Source of the DNA: Octopus bimaculoides
Lineage: Eukaryota
Direction of reading: 5' to 3'
NCBI RefSeq assembly: GCF_001194135.2
Contig: NC_068999.1
Location: 21,873,283 to 21,907,319 of the forward strand
DNA length: 34,037 nucleotides
Position numbers and translations under genes: made by a program. Below, in pieces: positions 21,964-33,309 of this stretch; within the stretch, counting starts at the first letter, position 1; the number at the start of each line of letters is the position of its first letter. A model generated the notes under the pieces. The model was not told the DNA's origin, ran no database searches, and was given only the letters and a program-made list of their open reading frames with translations.

Positions 21964-22112
21964 AGACTTTGACTCCACAGCAAACATTTCAATATTTAAT
22001 GCTAATGCAAAACCTTGTCCCTACTCTACCTCTGCCTCGACTGCAAAATTTTGATGATGATGACGACGAAGAAAATGATTCTGATATTGAAGAGATGATG
22101 GTTGATGACTTG
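21964..22112 (+). CDS. UBE3C: UBE3C coding exon with acidic tract: TLTPQQTFQYLMLMQNLVPTLPLPRLQNFDDDDDEENDSDIEEMMVDDL
   Basis: Acceptor ccttatttcag, donor gtgagt, 149 nt, phase 1/0; follows a 119-nt intron. Confidence 0.92.
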
Positions 22113-22797
22113 GTGAGTCCTTCTTTCTTTACTTATCCATCTTATTCTCTATTCTGTTTCTTCCTTGTATATTTATTTAAACTTTACCTCATTTTATACA
22201 TATTTGTCAAGTTTTTTTTATATTTTAACTTATAAAGAGGAGATAACCTGTGACTGTTGTATTAGTAGTGATCTGTATGACATCAGTGCAATATATGATA
22301 ATGTTCATTATCATCGATGCTTAATGTATATCAGTTTAAGAAAGGAAAGAGTTTCTTTAATATTGAGTTCTGACATAGAGTCAAGATCTCAAAATTGGGG
22401 GAAGGTTTTTGTTAATTAGTATTCACCAGGTACTTATTTTAATCATCTTGGAAAGATGAAAGATAAAATCAGACTCAGTGGCATTTGAATTCAGAATGCA
22501 AATAGAGAAAACAGAGTACTGTAAGATATTTAGAATTGTGTTCAATCATTTCTGTCATTCACTGCTTTCAATCAAAACAATTAATATTAAGTTTCAGGCA
22601 GATGCCAAAAAAAGATTGCTTTTTCTTCTGGGGTAAATAACTATAAAAATTCTTAACTATTTGGAGTAGATTTTGTACATAGCGCAAATTATGGGAGATG
22701 ACATGGTGTTATGTTAATGCTTTGTTTAAAAAAGCACTAGAAAAGTGAAATATATATGAAAGGGAAATCAAAACCAATGCTTGATTATTATTTAGAA

Positions 22798-23121
22798 CAA
22801 TATTTTCCAAGCTGGGGGCCCGTGGCAAAGTTCAGTGAGGCCACAGGAAAATTAGGGCTAGCCACTATTACTCTGTTTCTTCCTAAAACTTCCTATTACT
22901 GTCTGAAAAACACACATTCAAATACATGCAATTCATTTTCTATATCTTAAGTTCCACCATGACAACAAAAAGAATTCATTTGACACTTTGATAATAATTT
23001 ATCAATTTAATTTTTCCAAAAGTGACCTCTTTCTCCTATTAACCTACAAAATTCAAGTGCATTTTTCACTGATGTCTAAGATAGCAGGAGAGGATAAACT
23101 AAAAAGGGTTGGGAACCACTG
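22798..23121. mobile_element. Possible hAT (Charlie-like) MITE
   Basis: The right end reads CAGTGGTTCCCAACC on the minus strand; the left end CAATATTTTCCAAGC matches it at 10/15. The flanking 8-mers ATTTAGAA and GTTGAGAA match 6/8 (candidate TSD). Confidence 0.45.
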
Positions 23122-23424
23122 GTTGAGAACATTAGTCTTGATTATCTTCAGTCATTCCTATATCCATTTTTCCACACTATCATCAATTAAACAAATGCAT
23201 GTTGAAGCATTGTTTTACTGATGGATGCTCTTCCCGTTTCTAGCCATTACCTTCTTTTTTCTCTAAATATGGGACTTTTCATTTCACTCATTTTCAAAAG
23301 GTCAGAGTTACCAGACTATTTGTTGACAGGGAAATGATAACAGACAACACTACCCAGAACCCACTGATCTCTCTTTTCATGCCAGCACAGATTGTAAGCA
23401 TTCACTCAGACTGAGACAAGTGCA

Positions 23425-23600
23425 CAGACACCTGTGACTGTGTGGTTGACAAGTTTGCTTCCAATCACATGGTTTCAGGTTCAGTCTCACTGCGTAACGC
23501 TTTGTGGAAGTGTTTTTTATAGCCCAAACTGACCAGTCTTGTGAGTGAATTCAGTAGACACAAACTGAAAGAAGGCCATCATATATATTTATATATACAT
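23425..23600 (+). mobile_element. SINE family D 5' half
   Basis: Homologous to 14144-14316; ends in (TA)n where a mariner begins. Confidence 0.75.
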
Positions 23601-23601
23601 A

Positions 23602-24695
23602 TTGGGTTGGTAAGACAGTAATTTTGGCTTTTTAGTGTGAAAGAAAAGTCGTTTGTTTTCATAACAAAAATGAACTTTAATCAATTATATATTTTCCATT
23701 TTGTTTGATGACCTTTTGCCATCTTTCTGGCAACTTCATGATTCTGTGCTCATAGAACTTCTGGTCCTTATTCAGCCAAAAACTGAAGCAAGTGTGATTA
23801 CAGGTCATCAACATTATTGAAAGTTTTATCATTCAAAGAATTTTGCAAACTTCAAAATGAATGGTCATCTGATGGTGCAAAGTCAGGGCTATATGTTGGA
23901 TGTGACATCACTTCCAAACCAAGCTACAATAATTTTTCATGAGTTAGCAAAGACGTCTGTGGTCTAGCGTTGTTATGGTGGAACATGATTCCTTTACGAT
24001 TTGCCAATTCTGGCCATTTTTCTTTGATTGCTTCCTCCATTTTCATTAGTTATTGACAGTAGACATCTGAATTGATCGTTTGACTCCTTGGAAGCAGCTC
24101 AAAATACACAAAAGGTCTATTTCATTGTGTTTGAGATGCACATCACAAATACTGATTTATTGTGTTAAGTGAATCTCTTTCAGTTTATGTGGAACCCAAA
24201 TATTGAGCTTCTTAGCAAGTTCAAGACATTTTAAGTGATTTTCAAATGTTGTGTGTGATACATTTTAACTCTCTGCAATCTCTCACACAGTTATATGATG
24301 ATCAGATTCAATTATAGCTTTGATTTGGTCATCATCAACTTCAGTAGCTTGACCAGAATGCTGGTCATCTTTGATTGAAAAACCATTTCTGATATGTGGG
24401 TTCTGTTAAGCAATCAACACCATAAACTCCACATATCTTTGTGAGCCTCAGCAGCTTTCTTGCCTTTACGGAAATAAAAAAGCAAAATATGATGAAAATG
24501 TTCGTTTTTTGCACTCCGTGTTAAAATTGACACTGAACTAACAGCTGTAAACAAAATTATGTGCAATTTGCTTCTAAAGTAAGTTAAAAGTAACGGCTAT
24601 CAAATGTCAAAAGGAAAAAAATCATAACATTGACAAAAGTCATTCAAAGAAATAGTAACTCTATCTATTTGCGAAAAATGAAATTACTTTCTTGC
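23602..24695 (-). mobile_element. Internally deleted mariner relic, right TIR truncated by a SINE
   Basis: Starts after TA. Minus-strand motifs EHFHHILLFYFRKGKKAAEAH, NIWVPHKL, VYFELLP, HHNNARP (Asp to Asn) and 34 residues on to HPTYSPDFAPSD. The TGDEKW segment is missing. Partial TIR AAGAmAGTAATTT at both ends. Confidence 0.88.
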
Positions 24696-24696
24696 T

Positions 24697-25020
24697 GAAG
24701 GTGCATGCTTTAGTGGTTAAAGCATTGGGCTCACAATCATGAGTTAGTGAGTTTGATTCTCAGACTGGGCTCTGTGTTGTGTTCTTGAGCAAGACTTTTC
24801 ACTTCACATTGCTCCAGTTCACTCAGCTGTAGAAATGAGTTGTGATGTCACTGGTGCCAAGCTGTATTAGCCTTTGCCTTTCCCTAGGATAATATCAGTG
24901 GTGTGGAAAGAGGTGGCTGCTAGTCTTCCATAAACAACCTTGCCCTGACTTGTGCCTCAGAGGCGAACTTTTAGTACATCCCATGGTCATTCATGACCGG
25001 AGGGGTCTTTACCCTTTATC
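24697..25020 (+). mobile_element. tRNA-derived SINE family B1
   Basis: Homologous to the reverse complement of 5090-5445. Confidence 0.8.
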
Positions 25021-26049
25021 TTTATATATGTACAGACACACAGACAAATACAGATATATCAATTACCATGCATTATAAATGACATGCCATTAAAAGAAAA
25101 GATAGGCTTATTGCTTGGAGATATAGAGGATAGTTCTGGTCATGTGTTTCTGGTTCAATTACCATCATCTGCTTGACAGTTGTCCCACCTTATCTCCAGT
25201 AGCCAATATAGAGTAGAACACATTTATGGCCTAGATAGTTTATATAATTTAAACAGAAATAAGCTAAGAGAAATAACTCTGAGTGGCCAATGGCATATAT
25301 TTGAGCAATGTAAACAAATACAAGTATATCAATTGTATATAGTATATCATACATAACACATTCTTGATTTATTAAAATTATCTCCATCTCTAGAGGATGG
25401 GAGATAATCTTTTAGTGAGTATGATCACTAATTTAGCATGAATGTTCTGTGATTTAATGTATGAAGAGTATTTGTGAGAGAGTCTATTCCAGTGTGCTTT
25501 TGATAAGCTTGTATAAAGAATATCAGAAGGCAGTTCATTTATAACAAAACTTTGCAAAATTTATTTTGATAAAATGAATGTTGGCAAGTAGTAACAGTAA
25601 TTAATCTACATGTCTATGTGAGGCAGCAAAAAATCTCATAACTTACTTTTTACACAGAAGGGTTATGTGGAAGCCATTGTAAGCTGATAGGAACAAGAAT
25701 GTACTACTCATTTTGAGACAGAGTTGTAGCTGATATCATTCAAATGAGTTGTGTGGAGAACACAAAAGTTGTGGCATGTCAAAGGAAGAGATGTTACTTC
25801 AAGGCCATCTTTTCACCAACTTTCTTTAAACTGCTACTTCACTGCTAAGGCAGATCACTGCCATTTGTATTCATACGCATCTGGCCCTTATTGGCTGGAG
25901 TCTGCCACAGCACAACTGAACTATGCCATGACAATATAGATCTTTCTTGACTTGCTACAATCTCAAGAATCAAGAATTCTCTAAGATCGACAGGCTTATT
26001 GTCTGGTGATAAGAAGACAGTTGTGGATGCAGAGTTTTGCTCCAATAAC

Positions 26050-26337
26050 CTTCATCAGCATGATAATTGCCCATGTGTGTGCATGTACATTTGTTACTGT
26101 CTCCTTCAATTGACATAGTGTGATGGCTATAAATGAACAACACTATCATACAAGTGATGTTTGCTTCTGGTCTGCTGTGAAAAATATGTCTGGCCAAGGG
26201 GAAATATTACCTTGCTTGGAGCAGGTAAGGATATGTGATGGGGAGGGCATCCAGCTATAGAAGATCTTGCCTCAACAAGTTCTGTCATACGAACTTGGAA
26301 AAGTAGACATTAAATAATGATGATGATGATGATGATA
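26050..26337 (+). mobile_element. SINE family D 3' half with RTE-like (GAT)n tail
   Basis: GGAGGGCATCCAGCTATAGAA...GGAAAAGTAGACATTAAATAATGATGATG; an inverted D fragment follows at about 26345-26425. Confidence 0.65.
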
Positions 26338-27015
26338 AACACGATAGGCTTTGTACAATTTCTGTCTACCAAATTCACTCACAAGACATTGATTGTTCTG
26401 AGCCTCTAGTATAAGACTCTTGCGTTCAATGCTGCATAAAAAATTAATACCATACAATGTGTTGACATAGCACAAGTTATGGAAAGTGACATCATGTGGT
26501 GTTAATGTTTTATTTAAAAAAAAAAAAAAAAGCACTAGAGATGTGAAAAATGTTACTTAGAAATAAAAACTAATGTTTAATTGTTATTTAGAATATTAAT
26601 TTCAGTTATATATTACATAATTCTAACAGATTAGCAGAATGATAAATTTGCATATTTTTCTAACACCCTTATAGAGCCTATATGTTTTGAAGATTAAACT
26701 GAAAATTGTAAACCATTAAACAGCTTATCATAGCAAGTAGACAACTCACTAAGTCTTCCAACTCTTGGAATTTATGTACCGAGGCAAGTGGAATAATTAT
26801 CTTTAGAAAAAGTTACAAACTCATGAGCCAATATGCAACATTTCATCTGTTGGATTTTCATTGTTCAAATAGAGAAACACTTTTTTTGTTGAACTTTTGC
26901 ATACAACATTCAATTTCATGTAATTAATGAATTAATACCCAACATAATTCATTATTTAAGAAAGATACCATATCAGTATTTTTTTTTTTTTAATTCTAAA
27001 TCTTTTTTTCTTCAG

Positions 27016-27200
27016 GAGACAGACTTTGCTTATCAGGAAAAGTTGCGGGAATCCTGCCTGCACTATTTAGATTCAATAGCTCTTGCTCGCCGTATAATTG
27101 TCTGCACCACAGAATTTCCCACTCCAGATATACTTGTAGCGATATGTAATATTTGTCATAGTCTTATGTGTGAGCAACGGATCCCTGTTCATAAATTAAG
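27016..27200 (+). CDS. UBE3C: UBE3C coding exon: ETDFAYQEKLRESCLHYLDSIALARRIIVCTTEFPTPDILVAICNICHSLMCEQRIPVHKL(R)
   Basis: Acceptor tttttcttcag, donor gtaact, 185 nt, phase 0/2. Resembles recalled human ...VCHTLMVQHRMMVPKVR. Confidence 0.92.
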
Positions 27201-27409
27201 GTAACTTTCTAATATAATAATTTCACTGTTGTTTATAACTTGACAATTTATTAAGTTTATTTAAGAATTAGTCCTATGTTTAAACCTCTATTTTAGGTTT
27301 ATATTTTGCACTTTCTTGACAATTGTAAGAAACTATATTGGTGGATATTTTTTCTAATATTATCAATGTTAATGAAAATTTAGGATTTTTTAAATGTACA
27401 TTTTTGTTT

Positions 27410-27670
27410 GTGAAGGTGTTTGGACTCCTCGTGGTCAGGTTGTTGCTCTCACAATCATTAGACCATGAGTTCAATTCCCAGATCAGACAGCACATTGTGT
27501 TATTGAGTAAAACACTTCATTTCATGTTGCTCCAGTCTCCTTTTAATCAGTTGGGGTGGATGTTGGCTTGCTCACCTAGTCAGCAGGGTGGCATTATTTG
27601 AAGGCTAAAGACGATGCAAAGTGCATTGTGACCAGCAATGTGTAACATCTGATAGTCTGGTCAGTTACAT
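27410..27670 (+). mobile_element. Degenerate tRNA-derived SINE
   Basis: GAGTTCAATTCCC B-box, then TTGTGTTATTGAGTAAAACACTTCATTTCATGTTGCTCCAG. Confidence 0.6.
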
Positions 27671-28005
27671 GGTTTTTTTTTTTCTTGGTTAAAAACTGTA
27701 GTGCCACATCAGTTACCAATTATTACTTTTAAACTGCACAGGCAAGCAGTTTTTTTTTTTTATGTCAGTGGGTTTAGGTTGCATAAAGGAGAAATATTTA
27801 CTTCACATATTAAACGATGAGGAAACATTTGTTTCTTCATTTTTGATACATAGCCACATTGACTTTTAATTGTTGCTTCTGGAAAGAAATTTTAGCTTTA
27901 TTTTATATTTTATTACACAGTGTCTGCTTCACTCACTCATTTTCCACTCTCTTGGTCTTACTAAATGCTTGGAAATAGCGATAAGTATCTAGTTTATACC
28001 TGATT

Positions 28006-28327
28006 GATGGATGCAGCATAGCTGAAAGGTGAAAAGTTCATCTTACAATCACAAGGTCCTAGGTTCAAATTCTCTGCCTGGCATCTTGGACAAGTGTCAT
28101 ATACCATAGCTTTGGGTTGACCCAAGCTTTTGGAGTGAAAATGAGTTTACAGAAACTGTGCGAAAGCTCAACTGATAGATTGTATCTGCAATTTGCAATC
28201 AACTTTGTCACTCATAATGTCATTGATTCTACTTGAGGATTAGATTAAGAGTATACATGTCTGTGGAATACTCAACCACTTACATGTTAATTCAATGCAT
28301 GGGTAGTTCAGTTGATCAAACAACTGG
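28006..28327 (+). mobile_element. SINE with D-like head and B2-like 3' part
   Basis: Head GGTTCAAATTC...CTTGGACAAGTGTC... is D-like; 28201-28327 aligns with the 3' segment of family B2. Confidence 0.6.
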
Positions 28328-28575
28328 TTATTTATCCTTGTAATCAAAAGAAGCCTATTTATTGGTTTATATTTAATGAATTCATTTTTAAAAATTACCT
28401 TCTACTGTCTACACTTTGTATTTATCCCATTTCTTTCCACTGTTTTTATCTGTTTCAATTTTCTCATCAATATGACATGGTTGTGTTGTTAAGAGGTTCA
28501 CCCCTGAACCACTTGGTTAGAGGGATGGTCCCACTGCATGAATGAGCTAACGTTTGACTTGTGAGTGAGATTGGT

Positions 28576-29310
28576 AAACCTGGGATGAGGTGGTGAGGCA
28601 TGACCTTTGAACATTGGGCCTTACCAAGGCAATAACTTATGACCGAGACCTTTGGAAATATGCTGTGCGTGAGAAGACCCGGCAAGCCAAGTGAGACCTA
28701 AATCCAAGGTCTCTGCCAGGGATGTAGCCAGCCCACTTATGCGTACCTTCCTTCATTGGACACTAAACTCTGCTTGCGAAGACCTGTTGAGGCAAGTGAA
28801 ATCGAAATCGAACTAAATTCAACGACTGGCACCCATGCCAACATCGACTCCTTCATTGGACACGAAACTCGGCTTGCAAGGACCTGTTGGGGCAAGCGAA
28901 AGTGGAACCGTGATGGCCTTCCTGGCACTTGTGCTGGTGGCATGTTTAAAGATATTCGAGCGAGATCGTTGCCAGTGCCGCTGGACTGGCTCCTGTGCAG
29001 GTAGCACGTAAAATACACCATTTGAGCGTGGCTGTTGCCAGTACCACCTGACTGGCCTTCATGCCGGTGGCACATAAAAGCACCCACTACACTCTTGGAA
29101 TGGTTGGCATTAGGAAGGGCATCNNNNNNNNNNCACATAAAAGCACCCACTACACTCTTGGAATGGTTGGCATTAGGAAGGGCATCCAGCTGTAGAAACT
29201 CTGCCAAATCAGATTGGAGCCTGGTGTAGCCATTTGGTTCACCAGTCCTCAGTCAAATTGTCCAACCCATGCTAGCATGGAAAGCGGACATTAAACAATG
29301 ATGATGATGA
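28576..29310 (+). mobile_element. RTE LINE 3' end: ORF2 C-terminus plus long repeat-containing 3' UTR and (GAT)n tail
   Basis: Translation KTWDEVVRHDL*TLGLTKAITYDRDLWKYAVREKTRQAK*. Contains a 10-N gap at 29124-29133. Confidence 0.85.
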
Positions 29311-29679
29311 AACTAAAGAGGGTTGTCATATATGTATATGTAAAAGTGAGTTTGGAGGGATATATTATCCAGGCAGTTACCATATTAGTGCTCGGTTAAG
29401 TTCCAGTTAATGACTAACCATAACACTCAGTATCTAACCTCTGTGACTACATTTAGGTGTTAGTCATTCTGTGACTTCCGATGGCTAATTCCATGTTCTC
29501 CTCACAGGACAGTAAAAATCGTCAGGAGTGTATATTATAAATAATAATCAAAAATAACACACACAACCATTAAAATGAACAAAGAGCCTTACAAAAACAA
29601 CAACTTTGATTGTAACCTATTTTAAGACTAAACCTTAACTTCGGACAGTGACTGGTGTGAAGTTGAGGTCAACAGCACA

Positions 29680-29945
29680 TAGCTGTGTGTGTGTAAGTGA
29701 TTTCTCCTTGTCTTTATGTGTTCACTGGCAATAAACAAAACAACAGCCATGCTAATAAATACAGCTAATGTTATATGCTTAAAGTCAACTACAAAAGCAC
29801 ATCCAGCCTGTTTCATTATTCAGTACACTTGGGAATTATTACTTTGCTTAGAAACAGGTGAGGGTTGGTAGCATCCATTCATAGAAGATCTGTCTCAATG
29901 AATTCTGTCTGACCCATGCAAGCTTGGAAAAGTGGATGACAATGG
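29680..29945 (+). mobile_element. Degenerate SINE family D 3' half
   Basis: GAAACAGGTGAGGGTTGG...AATTCTGTCTGACCCATGCAAGCTTGGAAAAGTGGA, similar to 26200-26310 and 6390-6630. Confidence 0.55.
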
Positions 29946-29973
29946 TAATGTAGCAGTGGCTGGCACTATTAAC

Positions 29974-30367
29974 TTGTTGTTGGCACTCCGTTGCTTACGA
30001 CGTCGAGGGTTCCATTTGATCCGATCAGCGGAACAGCCTGCTCGTGAAATTAACGTGCAAGTGGCTGACACATGTACGCACTCCACAGACACATGTACCC
30101 TTAACGTAGTTCTCGGGGATATTCAGCGTGACATAGTGTGACAAGGCTGGCCCTTTGAAGTACAGGCACAACAGAAACAGGAAATAAGAGTGAGAGAAAG
30201 TTGTGGTGAAAGAGTACAACAGGGTTCGCCACCATCCCCTGCTGGAGCCTCGTGGAGCTTTTAGGTGTTTTTGCTCAATAAACACTCACAACGCCCGATC
30301 TGGGAATCGAAACTGCGATCCTATGACCACGAGTCCACTGCCCTGACCACTGAGCCATTGTGCCTCC
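29974..30367 (-). mobile_element. tRNA-derived SINE family B2
   Basis: Near-identical to 5473-5853 apart from small indels. Confidence 0.85.
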
Positions 30368-31120
30368 ACACTATTAACTTATACATTATTTATAATAAGC
30401 AATGCTATTGCATACATATGCAAAACTATAGCTAAGTGAGTCGCCTGTCATGGACCCTATAGGACTTGAACATTTGACTATTTTCATAGAATGTTTTGAA
30501 CTTAGTACTACAAACTAATAAAAATAAATAAACCTTGTCCATTTTACTGTCTTGTTAGCTATATCATCTTGAGGCTACTTTATAACTAAGTGGATTGGTT
30601 CATTGGAAAGACAGTACCAATTGTTGTTTATGAACTGTAAGCTTTTGTTGAATTATAATATTCATTCAGGAGTGGGCATCAACTTTTGATAGATCCTTTG
30701 CCTGTTTTAATGCAGAGAAAATTTTTTTTCAATAGTGTAAACTACATAATAGCTGCCAGTATATTATACTGTAGTTTCATTGTTTTTAGACAGTAAATTG
30801 CAAAGTACACTATACATTTCATTGTTTTTAGTCAGTAAATTGCAAATTTGTAAAGTGGCTCTGAATGCTCCACTAAACATTTTTAGTCCCTTATCCAAAC
30901 TTTCTCTGAAATTGTACACTTTCTATTGTGTAGTTTTACAAACCAATACATATATTTAGATTTTTGGATTGGTCTTGATTGATTGAAATTTTAATTAATT
31001 TTTACTATTAGATGTTCCTGTATTGCTAAAACATCTCTATGACATTTACCACAATTTTCTGCAATAAAATTTATTTTGATAATCTTGATACCTTATTACA
31101 TTGTACTTGTTCTGTTTCAG

Positions 31121-31207
31121 ATTGTTGTATACTTTAGCTTTCAACATTGATTTTATGAAAAGATTATGGTTAGAATGTACCTGCCGATATTCTATATCAG
31201 TTAGTGG
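31121..31207 (+). CDS. UBE3C: UBE3C coding exon: (R)LLYTLAFNIDFMKRLWLECTCRYSISVS(G)
   Basis: Acceptor tctgtttcag, donor gtaagt, 87 nt, phase 2/2. Recalled human RLLYSLAFNARFLRHLW. Confidence 0.93.
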
Positions 31208-31643
31208 GTAAGTACATTTTGTTTTATCTCTTATTCTTTGTTTTATTTACATTTTAATTACTTTTAGATTGTAATAATATTTTTTTTAAATTTAAGCATG
31301 TTTACATGTTAAAATTTTTAAAAATATTATTTCCTGATTATTGTCTTAAGTCCAAAAGTTTCATGCTTGAAACATGAGATTTTGTACTGTCTTTATAATA
31401 GGTACTTTTTAGGAAAAGAAAAGGGAATTATCTAGTAGAGATTAAACTGATAAGGAAAGCAATTAGTTTAGATGAGATGCAGTTTAGATTTGTTGTAAAA
31501 TGACACTAATATCCTTGAGTATAAAATGTACTTAACCAAAGTAATATTCTAAAAGTTGCCTGTTTTCCCTTCTTAAAAGGAGCTGTAGATTACAACCTTT
31601 TGCCGATGCCAAACTTTTGACTGAAAACTGTTAAGCTGAGAAG

Positions 31644-31780
31644 CTGCACCAGGTTTCAATCTGATTTGGCATGGTTTCTACAGCTGGATGCCCTTCCTAA
31701 TGCCAACCACTCCAAGAGTTGTGAGTTCTTTTACGTGCCAGTTAAGAAACACTGGCATCGGTTGTGACTACGATTCAGAA
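31644..31780 (-). mobile_element. RTE 3' UTR fragment
   Basis: CAATCTGATTTGGCATGGTTTCTACAGCTGGATGCCCTTCCTAATGCCAACCACT is the reverse complement of the RTE tail. Confidence 0.75.
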
Positions 31781-31899
31781 TCATTATGCTGAAGCTCATG
31801 AAGCAGATGATCAAAGCCTACACAAATGCCAATGTTCTGTGCTTAAGAAATACTTATCCAACCCTTTCAAGCATTGAAAAGCAGACATGACGATAATGA

Positions 31900-32764
31900 A
31901 AATGATGGGGGGAAATTGTTAGTGTTGGAAAAAATTTCATGCAGTATTTGTTCTATCTATTTACATTTTGAGTTCAATCCCTGCTGAAGTCATCTTCATC
32001 TTTTATCCTTTTGGGATTGATAGAATGAATACCATTTAAGTACTGGTATTGGTGATGTCAGTTATTCTTCCCCCCCCCTCCCCTCAGAATTGCTGGCCTT
32101 GTTATTATTATTAAGGCAGCAAACTGATAGAATTATTATCATGCTGAACAAAATGCTTAGTGGCATTTACATTCTAAATTCAAATTTCACCACGGTCGAC
32201 TTTGCCTGTCATCCTTTTGGACTTGGTAGAATAAGTACCAGTTGGACACTGGTAATTGATGTGCCTCCTGTAGAAAGAATAACCGTTATTATTATCATTA
32301 TTATTATTAATTAGGCGGCAAGCTGACAGAATCATAAGCACATTGGGTGAAATGCAGAGCAATATTTCGCCTGTTGCTACGATCTGAGTTCAAGCCTAGG
32401 TTGACTTTGCCTTTCATCCTTTCGGGTCAGTAAATTAAGTACCTGTGAAACACTGGGGTTGATATAATTGACTAGTCTCCTCCCCCAAAATTTCAGGCCT
32501 TGTGCCTTTAGTAGAAAGGATTATTATTATTAATATTAATAAGATAGCGAGCGGACAGAATCATTAGCACACTGGGCTAAATGTTTAGCAGTATTTTGCC
32601 TGTCGTTACATTCTGAGTTCAAATTCCACTGAGGTCACTTTTGCCTTTCATCCTTTCAAGGTTGATAAATTAAGTACCATTGAAACACTGGGGTTGATCG
32701 ACTAGTCCCCTCCCCAAAAATTTCAGGCCTTGTGCCTTTAGTAGAAAGGATTATTATTATTATT
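31900..32764 (+). mobile_element. Head-to-tail array of four SINE family E copies (about 31900, 32113, 32313, 32541) joined by (ATT)n
   Basis: Same unit as 16344 and 16604; each junction is an (ATT)n tract. Confidence 0.82.
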
Positions 32765-33309
32765 GAGTGAGAGAGCAGTGCATGCCATCAAAGTGACACT
32801 GGGGTGAAATATATGAAGCCCAATATACCCATCATGACTACCCATCATGATAAGAGTACACTAGGTACATGCATCACAACCATATGTGTGCAACATGGTG
32901 ATCTCATATCAAGATAAACAGTGCATGACCTTGCAGGTGGGGGCCCAGTTAGAATTTTCTTCAGGTTGAGTAGCCCATCCTACTCAAAAGGTCCCTGAAT
33001 AAGGGTTGTTTACGGATGTTGAATGAAACACCCATGTTTCCAAAGGTGAATTATTCAAACCCCAAAGAATTCCTCTCAACTTATGGCTATGGTGCTCCCC
33101 CACTACTTCTGCTCGTGATCAGAGATACACATATCGTTAGCCACTAAGGGACATGCTCAACTGGTGATGGTCAAGCAGATCTGTAGTATTGAGCAGAATA
33201 TTTGCTGTAGCCCATCTTTTATACCAAGACGAAACAACGTACATGATAACTCTTCCAATCAATGAATATCAAAAGCCATGAGAGCTACTGCCTGGTACTG
33301 TATCAGGGC
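32765..33309 (-). mobile_element. Unclassified repeat family F, about 545 bp, ATT-type repeats at both ends
   Basis: Matches 15717-16179 and extends about 49 bp further to CAGGGC, followed by ATTATTTTATTATTATTT. Confidence 0.78.

Noticed and set aside
29071-29186. Perfect 53-bp direct repeat around a 10-N gap; 156-aa ORF 28737-29207
   Set aside because: Typical overlapping contig ends joined by a placeholder gap, so an assembly artefact. The ORF is antisense RTE UTR crossing the gap.
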